Assembly (NCBI GenBank): GCA_964016885.1
Contig: OZ024756.1
Location: 41,044,001-41,108,000, forward strand
Direction: 5' to 3'
From: Eledone cirrhosa
Taxonomy: Eukaryota
Length of the DNA: 64,000 bases
Shown here: piece by piece, positions 12,701-27,324 of the stretch
Numbering within the stretch: position 1 is the stretch's first letter
Layout of the letters: every line of letters starts with the position of its first letter
The notes under the pieces: model-generated
Told to the model about the DNA's origin: nothing
Seen by the model: only the letters and a program-made list of their open reading frames with translations
The model's database searches: none
Position numbers and translations under genes: made by a program

Positions 12701-14831
12701 ATACAAAATTCATACATCGCACAGCCTAATCAATGAAAAAAATAAAGATACTACACAAACAAGTGACAAAATAATTAGAAAGTGTCCCATATAAAAAAGC
12801 AACTGTTATGTTTAGATTCTGTTGCCATGATTTTCAACACAAGAAAAGATAAACTGATTGAGATTGTTAAGCAAGATTAGTTGTAAAGTGTCGACATTGA
12901 TATGCAGCAGGCTTCAGGTAAACATTTCTATTTATTGACTTCTCAATAATGTTTATTTGTAGTAACACTATTGAAAACTGCTCGACAGCTGATCATATTA
13001 GAGCAGACTTATTTGAACACCCATTAACAAACACCAGTAGGCTCATTCAAGTAACTTAACAACAATAATAATAACAATTCTTTCTAGCATTGGCTTAAGG
13101 CCAGCAATTTGGGGGAAGGGGAAAGGCAATTATATTGACTTCAGCATCATCTCCTTTGAGTGCTCGATTCTTGATGGAGTTGTACAGGCATTATTGTTAG
13201 ATATGGTGTGTTTTGGGCATTTTAAACATGTCAGACTCCATCCTTCTCCAGGTCTAGCCCTAAGTAATTTCTTTCAAAGGAAAAGACAAGAAAGATAGCA
13301 AAATAGAAAAAAGTAAGAGAAAAGAAGCTCAACCTATACTTCTGGAAGTATGAAGGAAAGAAAGAGTACCCAATATATGTAGTGGTGTTTATTCACTCAG
13401 TACCTACTCAGTGTGTCTAGCTATGTGAAGAGCCAATGAAAGAGCCTCCAGATGGTTGTTTGGCCTTCTAGAATTAGTAACTAAATTTCCCTCCAATTAT
13501 ACCTTAACTTTAAAAAAGAAAATAAAAAGCTAGCCATGACTAGAATGTCTGCACAAATGGAGCTGACTTGAGGTTTAACATCAAAAACATGAGAATGCTG
13601 TTGATAACAGGCCTACACAAATGGAGCAGACTTGAGGTTAAACAACAAAAACAACTTTTATATGAACTGAAATGTCTTCAGCCATGCCCCAGTATTTGCC
13701 TCACATAATAAAGAGACACAGACAATAGAAAACAATTGCACCCACAAACTGAGCTAAATACTATTTCAGTACTCCTACCTACTTATTAATATTAATAATC
13801 ACTTGCTTATGGGAGATAGCACCTGTATACTTTTTGCTTGAAGGCATAGCAGAGCCCCATGACCACCAGTTCATTGGTCTTCTAGATGAAATTCAACTTT
13901 CAACATCAAATTTATAGGGCAAAATTTTGTCATTACACATAAATGTAAATGTTCCAATTTACATATCTTTTATATTCATATTATCTAATAATTTTCTTTG
14001 CACACACAATGTAATTGTGAATACATTTTCACACCTTTAATACTATAATGTAACACAGTAATTCATTTTATATATTTATATACATCTTTTTCAGTAACCT
14101 ATTTTTATTCATTTTTTCTGCTCTTCTTTTAATGCCTTTAGCAATAAAACATCAAAAGTAAAAAAAGAAATGCAAAAATATCAAAACTAAAAATAGGAAA
14201 TGTCTTATTTTCTGAATCAATACTTTTGCCACATAATGTATGTATGATGATAAAAGCTTAAATAATTAGCATTTGTTACGATTACAGTTTTTTGTATTTA
14301 TATTTTTTATATATTTAGCACTTCATATTTTATTTCAATAAACCTTTTTTAAAAGATAAATAAACATAATGGATACTTCTTACCTCACAGAATTCAGAAA
14401 TTAATTGAACATCAAACAATTAAAAACAATCTCTTACCTACAAATATAATAGAAAGAGGAATAAAAATCATTAATTTAGCATAAACACATAGACACATGC
14501 ATACACTCACACACATACATATGTATTTATTTAGATGACTTTTACAGGACTAGAACTGTTTCATTCATTTGAAATCATCATGGATGATTCCAGATTATTT
14601 CAAACAATGAAACACTTGTAGAAGTCATTTCTAAATGAAATAAATATCTTCTCTACTAATGTATTGAGTACTTCATCTAACTGTGGTTTCTTCCCAATCC
14701 TATTTAGAAAACCAGTCTTAACTACACACACACACACACACACATACATGTATAACATCATCACCATTTAATGTTTATTTTCCATGTTTGCATGTGTTTA
14801 TGTGTGTACATACAAATGCACACACATACAC

Positions 14832-14863
<32 letters not shown>

Positions 14864-17800
14864 CCATGCACACATACACACCTACACACAAATATATATA
14901 TATATATCCATGCACACATACACACCTACACACACATGCACAAAAAAATATAATACAATCAAGTTATGAATGTCTGATAACAATTGTTCTGTATCAATGT
15001 TATATCAATTCAAGTAATATCCATTTAAAGAACAATTCTCTTCAGTGATAAGCCACAGATAAGAGAAGAATGTCAGCCCTAATAACAAAGGACAAAGCAA
15101 CCAACTATTTATATATACTAATGTTATGTGACTATTTAGTTAATCACGAGTCATTTGTATGGAGTCAAATTATGAAAATATTCTGTCAAACTTTCAGGCA
15201 TCTCAATTCGTGAAACCAATCATCATTTTGAACAGGTATCTTCAATATGTTAACCAATCATCATTTTGAACAGGTATCTTCAATGTTTTTTTAACCCATT
15301 TTTACGTGGAATACAGTTTTAAATTTCAATTCTTTTAAATAAAGAATTTTTACTGATTTAATAAAATTTGTAACTTTTCAATTAATTAATTGACCAGAAG
15401 TATAGCTAGAGTAGGTGGTGTGATAGGGGGGAGGGGCAGTTGTGGTCTCAGTGCTTGTCTTATGAAACCATGATATGTTCTCACCTTCACCCAACCTGTA
15501 CAAACACATAGAGATGATGACTTATTCTCTTAGAAGTGATTACCATGTTTTATTTATTGTTTCAATGCTTTGATCAGCACTTTTTTAGTTAGTTAGAAAA
15601 CAGAAACTTTCTGATAAAATTAATAGAAATTAGATATAATTTGAATTTTCTAAATAAATAGAATTAAGTTAGATTTGAAGACAACAATCAGCATTTAATC
15701 AGATCTACAGCTGCTTTTCTTTAAAACAGGTATTATGTTATTTGGATGCTGTACAGAGGAATCAATAAACATTCGGTATGTGGCAATTTCTATTTATAAC
15801 TTTTTAGACCCAATCTCAACTGAAGAATTCTATTGATCTTATTAGCCATGCAAGACTATGGCAGTAAAGCAATAGCATTCTACACTGAGATTTAGTATTC
15901 ATGTACACCAACAGTTTTCATTGTTAGTCACTCAATACATTTTGAAGATTAACATATTGAGTACCAGGCATGGGAAGCCAGACACACTCCACACTTGCTC
16001 CCCAACACTTATGGTGCCATGACAAAAGCACCCAGTTCAATCTCTAGGGTGGTAGTACTGGAGCCACAACAAATATTACCTAGTCCATTCTCTAAGATGG
16101 TCATATTTGTGCCCCACAAAAAAAAGCATCCAGTCCACCTTGTAAAGTGGTAGTGGTGGTGCCACAAAAAGGTAATGTGATTGCTAGAGAAAAACCAAGC
16201 CTAAAAAGCAGATCATATGAGCAAGATGTGGTTACCTGAATTCGTTAGCCTTGTAATGTGACAACCCATCTAACCCATGCAAACATGGAATAGATGTTGA
16301 TGATTGTTAATAGCTTAGTATATTTTGAAGATTATTGTATTTAGCAGAGAGACACATTTCAGTAAGATCTCATTAAAATACAAATAGGGAAAAAGATTAT
16401 GAGAATTATTTTAGAATTTTAGAAAAAGAAAGAAAAAAATTAATATTTTGACATATGAATGTAAAATCGAATTGAATGAAAATAGTATTTTCTAAAAAAA
16501 AGTTGTGACAAGTGAAATTAATAACAAAAACTGGAACATCGAAATACTGGAATAATAGCAGAGGAATATGAAAGAATTTCAATATCTCCTTGAGTCTATA
16601 GCAACAAAATAAATATTGTTTGTAATTGAGATTGACAAAGCAGAAATTGATTTCTAATGGTCATCTGCTGAATTTGTGGCTATTAGTCAACAGTGAATTA
16701 TTTATTAAAAGTAAACTTATTCTGTAATAAATATCAACACAATAGAACTATATATTTAATGTCTGGAATGATTCTAACAGTGCATTTCTCTGTCTTAGAA
16801 TGCCAAGCTCAACAACAAAGAATTTCCTTTAATACAGTCAAATCCAATAATCTAAAGCAACATAATTAGTATTGATGAATAAAAGTGGCATGTGTCCATA
16901 GTTTTTGACAGAATACTTCATTCTATATTTCTTCAGTAATCTCAATACAATCAACAACAAACAATACTCGTTATATCACCTGATTATCATCCTTTATTCT
17001 TACTACACAGATATTTCTTCAGTAATCCTAATACATCACCTGATTACCATTAATTATTCCTACTCCACAGATACAATGTCTTAATCTACCTCATTTTCCA
17101 ACACTTCCATAAACCTACTTTACAAGCAAAAATTGTCTACACATTTTGACATCTGAATATTTGTTAGTGTTCTTGTTAGATTTAAAAGATTTTTTAACCT
17201 TTTCTAGCTTCAAATATGCAGCAGGAGTTTTACACATTGTGAAATTAATAATTTAAGACTTAAATATTATCTCTTCTCAAAAGTACAAGAAATAAACTTA
17301 TCTAACTTGTATTGACTAGGAAAAGTTGATGCAAAATACGAAGGTAAACAAAGAAAGGTTTTAAGTAATTTTCTTTGTTAACCCTTTCAATTAATTTTGA
17401 AAAATCATCAAATATTTGGGGGACTCTAATAAAACCTTTTCATATAAAGAAAGCATTATTAAGCTGATGTTAGGAACATTCCTTAGCAGAAATTTCTTTT
17501 AAAAAATGTTGATGGAAAGTTTTAATATAAATATGAATAGTTGAAAACAGGGAATTTTGTATAAAATCAGGGTAGTTTTGGGTGGGTTATTATCAAAAGA
17601 ATAAATGAATTGGTTTGAATAAATGGAAACCAATTCCAAAATAAACAAACAATAATGAACTCTATTATAGAAGACATGCTCAAGTTCAAAAGTAGAAGTT
17701 AATCGATGGCTACAAAAAATATTTTCAATGATAATCATGGAAACAATGAAGAAATTTTTCCATTTTGTTTCTTCCTTTGTTTCATTATAACAATTAGTGG

Positions 17801-19693
17801 TAGAGTGCAATTTTACAACCCCCTCCCCAATAATTAACACCACACACGCACTAAAAAAAAATAGAAATGTGTACACAAAGAGATTGAAAACCTATGCTAT
17901 AGTTGAACTTGCTAACCTTCATTGATTAACAATCTAGCTGTAAGGCTTTTATTCACACAACCGTCAACTAAAGAAATTTACTGAAATAATTAAAAAGTTT
18001 CTTCCCATTGATCCACTTTCTTTGAGATATTCACAAAATCTACCTGCATAAAATGATAATTTTGTCCAATAATTCTCTTCCATTAAAAAAAAAAACTTTT
18101 TCTTTAGAACGTGCTACATAACTCTATAGTGGTACTTCTCTTCAAAATAATGTCTTTTATAGGTTGCCTTTCTAATTTCCGTTGGTTGTTTAAGTTCTCG
18201 TGTATGCGCCTGTGCATGTGTGTGTAAAACTCAAGCCCATGTATTTATGAAACAAACTTCTTTACTATTCAAACCTTCTCGAACCTATACATTTCTTACA
18301 ATACAAAATGACGAGGTGATATGATTATATAAAAGAAAGGTATTTCGGGGATCCAGGCATGAAATAGAAATACCAGAGAAACAAAGAAAGTAACACTAAC
18401 ATTTCCTGAGGTATTACAAACATTAAAATAAAATAAAAACACACCTCATAATGAGACTAATTAGTGAGCTAATTTTTTTGGAAGGATGTTATCATCATTG
18501 ATCATCATTGACAATGATAATGTTAGCTCATTATTTCTTAGTGGCAATTGTTAACATTTAGTGGAACTATAAAGGAAGAATTAACCCCAGTATTATACTG
18601 GTACCTTATTTATTCACCTCAAATGAATGAAAGACAAAGTTGAGCTCAGCAGAATTTGAACTCAAGAGTGCAGCAAACCAGAACAAATGCCACAAACTAT
18701 TCTGCCATTCTAATGACTCTGCTATCACCTAGCAAACTTTACTTATATTTAAAAAGATTGTCTGACAATGATTTTTAATATATTACAATGTCACAAATCT
18801 AAATAATTTAAAGACAATTTTTTAATATTTCATTATTCTTATAATTCTTTTTTTTTAAATAAAAATTCATAATAAAATTTATACATTATTAAATTAAAAT
18901 CTTTGAGTTTATATGAAAAAAAATTCTGAATAAAAAATAGCTGAGATATAGATTAGATTTTACATACAATACAAGCAACATTTGTTCATATATAAATATA
19001 TGAGAGAGAGAGACTAGTAAAGAACAGAAATTCATATTTGCAAACCTAAAATAAATAAATTAATAATAATCAATAGAAACAATCAACTATATTTTTTCCT
19101 TCAATTTCTACAAATTTACAATATATTTTAAAGCAAGAACTAAAAGCTTCAAGTTTAACAAACTGAATTAAGTTTGATTAAGTTAACAACCTGAAATCTT
19201 CAGCTATATTCATTTTTTTGCTTTTATAAATGTTTTTCTTTAAGAGAAACTCAAGTGGTTGGTAAGAGAAAGGGTATCCAGTTATAGAAAACTTGTCAAA
19301 CAAATGATAGAGGGGTCTTTTCAGTTGTGCCAAAGACATGACAATCTTTCTAGCAGTAGTGCCACAATAAAATGTATGGTGCACTCTGTAGGTGTGAGAT
19401 CAGTAACTCTGATTGAATACTGACTTGGTTTGTGATGAAACCTCCACCTCAAACCTTTTTAACAGGGAATATAGTCATTAAATGAAAGCACAGACAAATA
19501 TCTAGAGTGGCACTCTCAATGACTGGTTTCACCAGTTACAGGAAGTTGATTGATTAATAGATATGAGAGTTCATATGGAAAGGGAGACAACTAGATGAAG
19601 GACCAAGTAATCCATTTCCTGTGTTTACACTCTGTTGTATCCATAGTGAATACTTTATTCTCAATGACATTGCCTATCTCATGATCATTACTA

Positions 19694-19878
19694 GGGTGGT
19701 GGATTGGCAGTATCGGTAGAGGGTCGGACGCCATGCTTTCCAGCATAGTTACGTCCCTTTACGATCTGAGTTCAGATCCCGCCGAGGTTGACTTTGCCTT
19801 TCATCCTTACGGGGTCGATAAAATAAAGTACCAGTAATGCACTGGGTAATTGCTGGCCTTGTGCCTAAAGTAGAAACA
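19694..19878 (+). mobile_element. Young tRNA-derived SINE (family A)
   Basis: Almost identical to the copy at 50511. TSD attacta. Confidence 0.9.
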
Positions 19879-20111
19879 ATTACTATTTTATGTCTGTTTT
19901 TCATGCTAGCATGGGTTGGTTGAGTCATTGTGGTCCAAAACCATATATATATATATATAAATATATATATAATATATATATACATATAAATATATACACA
20001 CAAACGGACAAAATGAAACGAAATTTCATTTCCCACTCTTAGTACGGCTGTTACTTAAATATAAGTATGTACACGTACTCACTCATTAATATGCATAAGG
20101 TAAGTATATAC

Positions 20112-20198
20112 GTTCAACAATCTGGCAGGAAGGTATACGTTGCTGACGATAGCTAATAAGCTTGAAACTAGTACAGCGTTCCTTTGTCAATGTTGAAC
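20112..20198 (+). ncRNA. Minimal type-I hammerhead ribozyme
   Basis: Stem I cgttg/cagcg, core CTGACGA (20143-20149), stem II agct-aata-agct, GAAA (20164-20167), palindromic stem III ACTAGT, GUA cleavage triplet ending 20173. Stem I extends via gttcaaca/tgttgaac. Confidence 0.8.
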
Positions 20199-21399
20199 AA
20201 ACGAGCAACGATGGTTGCTAGACACTATGGCTTAATACGGGATGTTTGTTTACAAACACACCGAGCATTATAATTTATAATAAATGTTCGGTGAATCCAT
20301 ACGTACATATATATATGTGTGCATGTATGTATATATATATATATATATACATACTACTGTACGTACATACTTATATTTATATACACACACATATATATAT
20401 ATATATACACATATATATATGCTATTAGCAGTGGGAGTAGTATGAAATTGGTGAAAGTTTTGTTAGTATGCAATGCTGAGTACAACACTTGCCAATGGTA
20501 GATAGGAAATGGCCAAGATACAACATACACTACAGAAAGAAGAATATAGACAGTCTTCAGTGGTACCTCAACAACCCAATAAGAAATGAGATTCCCCCCC
20601 CCCCCCAATAAGATAGATAGATAGAGAAAACACATTTTTGCTTGGTTTTGTTTTGTTTTATATGTTTAGAAAAATGATTTAGTTCCATTAACAGAAACCT
20701 AAATAGCATTTGCAAAGAGAAAAACAACGGAATTAAATAAAACAAATTCAAAACTACATTATTCATTTGCAATGAATTTAAAATAAGCTGCTCAAAGTAA
20801 ACCAATCATTTCAGAATCTCTAAATTGCAAAACTAAATGCATTAATAGCATTAACTATCTTTACTAGAAGAGGCTTAGCAATATGGTTTCTTAACTAGTA
20901 ATTCTCATCTTCTTAAATTCCCTGAATAATAAATTAAGGGAAATTAAAAGCAATCCTTTATGCTGAAGAGCTATCAGTATTTGACAATTTCCAAAACAAG
21001 GATACACATTGCACAGTGCCAGAAATAATCAATAACAGCAGTGGTTAAGAAGACAAACGCTGAAGAGAAATCAATAAAAATTCAATATCCTACAGTTCTG
21101 CCAGAACCACAATTGCACCGATAACATAAACAAGAAGCTTTCAAAGCCTTTAGTATTTGGGAAAGACTATTGATTACAGACAGATAATCAAAACTGGCAA
21201 CACTGCAATTCTTCACAGTCAAATTTTACATTTGATGAAAGAAATAAGTAATATTTGGGTAAATTATCCATCAATTTAAAAATAAAAAAATGCTATACAT
21301 GTTATACATACATGATCATATATATAGATGTATTTATATACATACTTAATCAGTATTTCATGTATTCTTTTGCACATACATGGCTAGTCTCAAGAACAA

Positions 21400-21610
21400 A
21401 ACAAATGCCTCTACATGATCACTTGTTCTTCTAGATATGGCAGTCAAATTTACCTTAAATCACACACTACTGTTATAAAAACAGTTAAGAACATGTTAAA
21501 CAATGTAGTTCTAGATACACTATGCCTGAAAATAAATCAAAAGCTGGAATGCCTTTGATGATAGGTCCTCTCAATCAGAGCTGACCTGGAGCTAAACAAC
21601 AAGAACAACA
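21400..21610 (+). mobile_element. Old retroposon family ending ...ctgacctggggctaaac(aac)n
   Basis: Recurrent motifs ctgctagaaatagcag, gatggtcatggctggaatg and gctaaacaacaac. Other copies lie near 7575, 13440, 23430, 29880, 52070, 53600 (minus) and 61467 (minus). Confidence 0.7.
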
Positions 21611-21854
21611 ATCACTCATTTGAAAAAGGCTTCTTTGAAATGTAATATCCATGTACTAACCAAAAGTTCTACATATTTGAATTAGAAGAATCAAAAGAAA
21701 GACAATATGTTTGGTAAATGTTGCCATATGTCTACAGTTATGGTTCAGTAAATTTTATTTATGAATGAAAAAAAGAAAAGAAAAAGGAAAGTAAATAGTG
21801 GGGGTGTGGAAAACAAACTCTCCACTCGTGCTGAGTGACATATTTCAACTGTAC

Positions 21855-22105
21855 ATTGTGGACAAGATGGTAAAACTGTTTCTAAAGAGAACAGCCAGAG
21901 ATACCCGTTGCATCAGCTATTCCACCTTCCTTAGGTGTTAAGTGTGATGGCCTTGTCCTAATTTAGCAAAGGAAAAGAGCTGTCTAGGGATTGAGGACAC
22001 TGGATGTCTCAATGGTGACTTGTACAAAAAGGAATTGGTGAGTCAATGCCTAGTATTTAATTATCTGAGCCTCTGTGATGCAGGTGGCACCGCCTGGGTT
22101 TCTGG
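21855..22105 (-). mobile_element. Decayed CRE-clade retrotransposon 3' relic
   Basis: Minus strand with stops: PGGATCITEAQIIKY*ALTHQFLFVQVTIETSSVLNP*TALFL...LMQRVSLAVLFRNSFTIL. Same motif order as the fragment at 59200-59462. Confidence 0.65.
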
Positions 22106-25100
22106 TCAAAGAGTTAGGGCTAGTTTAGTAAATTGACAACAAAATATAGGAATTAGACTAAATGGAGAAGATATTGTTCAATTAATTTTAGAAATTAGAA
22201 GACTAATAGAAACTCTGTTTCAAGAGGTAATTTTAGCAAGGAGACTCCACTTTCTTCATTTCAATTTAGAAAATGCCACAACTATATTGGTTTTACTATA
22301 GAAATACAGTAGAATTGCAGCTAGATGCTTCTTAGGATTCTAAACCACTAACTGATCATATATCTGTCCCTGACACTGTGCCAAGCCTTTAGTGAAAACA
22401 TTTACCATATATACTTGTATATAGATCAAGAAATATGTGACAGAAAAAATAATCAATGGTAAAATAGGGATTGGCTTATATTTGAAGTCGATATTTTGCC
22501 GATTTTCACCAACTTCAAATTCTACATAAATGAGGTACTAATATATATATGAGGCGGTACTGTATTTGTACTTGTTAAATATGCAGAAGGTTCTTGTGAG
22601 GTATATTCCATCAGCCATTCCATTCTCCCTGGCCGAGCCCATCTCCATGCTGTAAATAGATGCTATGATGACATAATATATACACTCATCACTGAAAGGA
22701 ACGAGAGTATCATATAGCTGGTGTGTACTTCATTAGAATCAATGTTGAGTCTAATCCCTGCTCTAGTCGAGGATCTGATAGAAGCACTAGCACTAAATAT
22801 TTATTTCCACAACAAAGTAAACCTGATAAGTATGTATAATAATAATAATACAGAGGCATTCATAAGTGTCAGACATATTTTTTAAGACTACAATATGCAA
22901 GTTAATGGAAATATAGTCTTAGGTGTTGTTCACCATTCTTTATTTTTGCAAATTGTAGTGGTCAGGAAAGCAAGAACCCGGAAGAGAATTCCATAGGCGA
23001 GATATGCAAAGGAAGAAACTATCAGAATAGAATTTGCATTGATTGTATACTAAGGTTAAGTGAATTCCACAATGTGTCTGTCACTGTGTTAGGTAGTATT
23101 GACCTAAGTAGGCTCCATCTAAAACAAGGGAGACTATATACCAGAGCTTTTCAAACTGCGGGTTGCCAACAATGTTTACGTGTATTACAAAATTAAATCA
23201 AATTTGATCAATTTTTTAGGAATATTTTGGTGTGAAGTTTTGAAATCTGTCAACTCTAAATAGACCTGTGACTGTTGACATGTATACAATTAGACATGTG
23301 ACTGTTAACATGTGATTTGATAATTAATTGTCTATTTATTTTGTTAGGTCTGTGTGCCATAGAAATTTAGATTGTTTTAAAAGTGCTGGTGTCTATGTGG
23401 AAAGTTTTGCTAACCTCCACTTTATGCAGTTGCTTCAACTGCTAGAAATAGCAGTTAAGTCTCCTTCAAATAATACTCTACCATCTTTTTAAAAAAAGGG
23501 GAAAGATACACTGGATAATGTATCAGAGTTAGAATGTTCATAGATCTGCTCAATTAGGGCTGACCTGGGGCTAAACAACAACAACTAAATCATTCATGCA
23601 ATATTATGTACACATTCATCAGCTATTTGCATCTTAACCAGCCCCTGTCAACAAGCTTGCCAGAATGAGGAGGGGGCACAAACACTGGCATATATTAACC
23701 CCATTATCACCAACAAAACAAGCACATGAGAGATGATAAAATAAAGTCCAGGTCAACTTGAACCCTTGCCAGTCTTTGTCATAACATATCTATTATCATC
23801 ATCCCCACCATCATCATCAAGCATATTTTTTATGTTTATACTTATAAATTTTAGGCATTTTTCTCGTCTGACATTTTTAGACAACATTCTGCCCCAACCT
23901 GCAACACATATACATACACACACACTATATATATATATATAATAGTAAGCTAAAAGTCAGATAATTGAGAGAGTACTGTGTTGTGGACCTCATTTAATGG
24001 TTGTCTTCCCCACTAGCAATGGTTAGCCATGTCTTCACATATATATACACAGGCATTTACACACAAACACAACACATATCTTCCATTATTAGTCTTCAGT
24101 CTATTTATTGTGTTAAAGTGTTTTAAAGCTATTATGTTACTTTCACTAATTGAAACAAAACCACCACCAACTGCTGTCAATTGGTTTTACACATGCACAT
24201 TCACATAGACACAAAATGTGCAAATATGATTTCACACATACACACACACATATATTATATCCCAAGGGAGAAGGAGGTGCTGATGAGAAAGAGAGATGCT
24301 TTTATTCATTCAGTATCGTGTATTCTGGTTTTATTTTTGTGTGAGTGTGTGCAATATTATTTTATTTATATATCGTAGTTGTCAGCATCATTCATCATTC
24401 AACATGTTAAATTTGTTGTTTAGTGTTTGGAAGTAAAATACAATATATAACATCTGCTGATCTATATCACTATAATATCTATATTGAAAACAGTGTCATA
24501 CCCATAACACTACAGTATAAAGTCCATAATATAACACACAGTATAAAAGCTCATAATAGCACAGCATCAAAGTTACATAGAGGCAGTAAACAATGTTTTG
24601 ATTCACTTGAAATCTAATATGATACAATGTGTTTCTTTGTAAAAATTATTGATATCTTTCATAAGTTTTCAACCATTCTACAATATGATCAATATGATCC
24701 CTATTTACATCACATAATCCTTGTATTACATGAAATATCTAATCAATAACTTCAATTCAATTACTCAAAATTTAAAACAGCTTTACAATAGTCAATTTCT
24801 CATCCAGAAATCTATATTACTGTTAATGTAAAGTTTCAGTATTCTTCTCTAAAAGAATTTCTAAAATGGAATAAAAACTCAAGTCAAATATTTTGTTTTG
24901 TTTTGTGTTTAAAAAAAAAAAAAAAATCCATATAACATATTCTAACTTAACTCTATGTACCTCTTTGTTAGGCAAATACGTGAAAAAACATTTTGTCACT
25001 TTTTATTTATTTAATCATTTTATTTGTAAAAATAAATCCAAAAATCATCAACATTCTGAGATTATCCATAACAAGGATTCCTTTTGTAGAAGAGTGAATA

Positions 25101-27292
25101 GAATAAATTTTTGAAATACTATAAATATATTCTATTTTATTAGGAAGATGAAAGACAGTCAACTACAGTAGAATTTACACTAAAGACAGCGAGTGAAATA
25201 ATAAACTGGATAACAGAAATTATCTAGGTTAATTCTTTATAGCTATAACAGATACCACAATTTAAAGTAACTTTTTTTTTCTTAAGCTAAAACCAACATT
25301 TCTAAAAGAGTATATTTTGGTATTTTATCAATCTTAATAAGGCAATCTAAGATAAATGTTGACCATGGCTAGATTTGAACTCAGAACAAAGAACTATAGT
25401 ACTAAGTACTGCAATAACAATTATCAACCCTGAAAACCACCACCACCACTGCTGCTACCAGAACCACTTTTGCTGACTATGCATTATTCAATTACATAAC
25501 ATATGTATATCAGTGCAGTTATCTTCCTGTCTAACATCAGCTACTTTCTCAACTCTCTTGTGCTTAATCTATAAGTTAACATAGCAGAGAAACAAAAACA
25601 AACAAAAATCCTCTTAAATTGATCCACATTTTCTGCATTCAATTCTCATATTTCACTACCATACAGCATTATAGTCATTTCATGTTTTGTGTAATCTGCC
25701 TTTCATATAATATAACAGATGTTATAGCTATGTTTCACAAAATTTATTATATGTTTTATATGCATACATTCTCTCTTTGAAACAATTTTTGATTCAAATC
25801 TTATGATTTATTGAGGCGTTTGGATGGTTTGAAATTTTGAAATCCCAACACAGATTCGCTACCATTTGGCATAAAGGTAACCCAATGGATCAGGATTTAA
25901 GAGGTACAGAGTTTGATTCTCTGTAGTAGCTACTGGCCACTTATTTCCTGTCCTTAAGAATATTTTACCTAATTTTCATTGTAGTGAATCTGTCTTTGGA
26001 TTTTAACATTTCAAACTTTTCATTCATAGTGATCTACATGATAAATACACCCAGTATGCTCTGTACATTGGTTGGTGATAGGAAGGGCAACCAGCCATAG
26101 AACAACTGCCAAACAAACTGTTGGAAGGACTCTTCAGCTGTGTCAAAAACATGACAACCTCCTTAGTGTTGGTATCACAATAAAATTCATTCTGTAGAAG
26201 TTAAAGTGTGGTGATTGAGTCAGTAAAGGGTTAAACTAATGATAAACAGGAGGTATAACCTAACATGCACAATATAAATATACTAGGAGAAAAAGGCAGA
26301 ACTCTCAACTCAGACTTCAGTGTCAAACATTGGAAATGATATACCAAAGTAAAATATTTGCTCAATTTATAAACAACAGCAGAAATTTCAGATATTCAAC
26401 TCATGTTAGAGTAGGAAGAAACAGGAGAGGCCCACTCAAAAAACATCTATCAAATACTTTTAGGAATTCTCTAGAGAGAAGTAAGGAATAACTGTGTGAG
26501 GTCTATGTTAAAATATCTCAAGAACTATTCTACAACAAACCATTATAAACAGTATATATATTATATAAATATTTGCAATATTGAAGTTTTCTTGTTTTCT
26601 TTAAGTAGATTTTAAATTAACATCCAATTAAATTAATGACATTTTCAAGTTAACAACTAGTGTTAGGGTTAGTTAGTATTTTGTGTCAAATCACTGAAAA
26701 TCTTTTTCCTCTTCTTCATCCACTTATTTCTGAGTGAAGCATGGAGGGAGAGTCCTCAGACATGCCTTCCAGAGGATCCTATTGGAAGCAATCATCTCCA
26801 AGTGAGACCAACCGAGTTCATGTATGGGTCTCCTATTGATTGGCTTTTCCCATAAAATATGTCTTGTGAATTTTTTTCTTTAGACATTCTAACCACATAT
26901 CCATATTACTAAGCTGGTGTTTAGTACATAGCTTAAAAAAAATATTCTTCTATAACATTATTCATTCGAACATAAATATAAATTAAAACAAGAGTTTGTA
27001 ATAATAAAATCAGGGCAGATTTCAGTGGGTTGGTATAAAAAGGGTGAAACCTAGCCAGACATGCTTTGAAATAAAGAATTAAAATGGCTGAGAGGCAAGA
27101 ACTTGTCAGTTCATAAGAGAACTAGCATTAACTAAAAGCAGCTTGCAATGAAATTCTATGCAAAAAAAATAATAATAAAAATAATAAAGAATTATTGTTC
27201 TTATTGAAACAGCAAAGTAAACTCTTCAAAAGTGGAAAAAAGAAAATCAATTGTTGAAATCAATGGTTGAAGTGGATATCTATAACTAAGAT

Positions 27293-27324
<32 letters not shown>

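Noticed and set aside
17985-18060. Minus-strand ttttatgcag|gtagat as an exon or recursive site
   Set aside because: Donor is weak and the peptide is unrecognisable.
19749-20036. ORF sharing the peptide IVSTLGTRPAITQCITGTLFYRPRKDERQSQPRRDLNSDRKGT with 50568-50759
   Set aside because: Antisense reading of two SINE family A copies, not a gene family.
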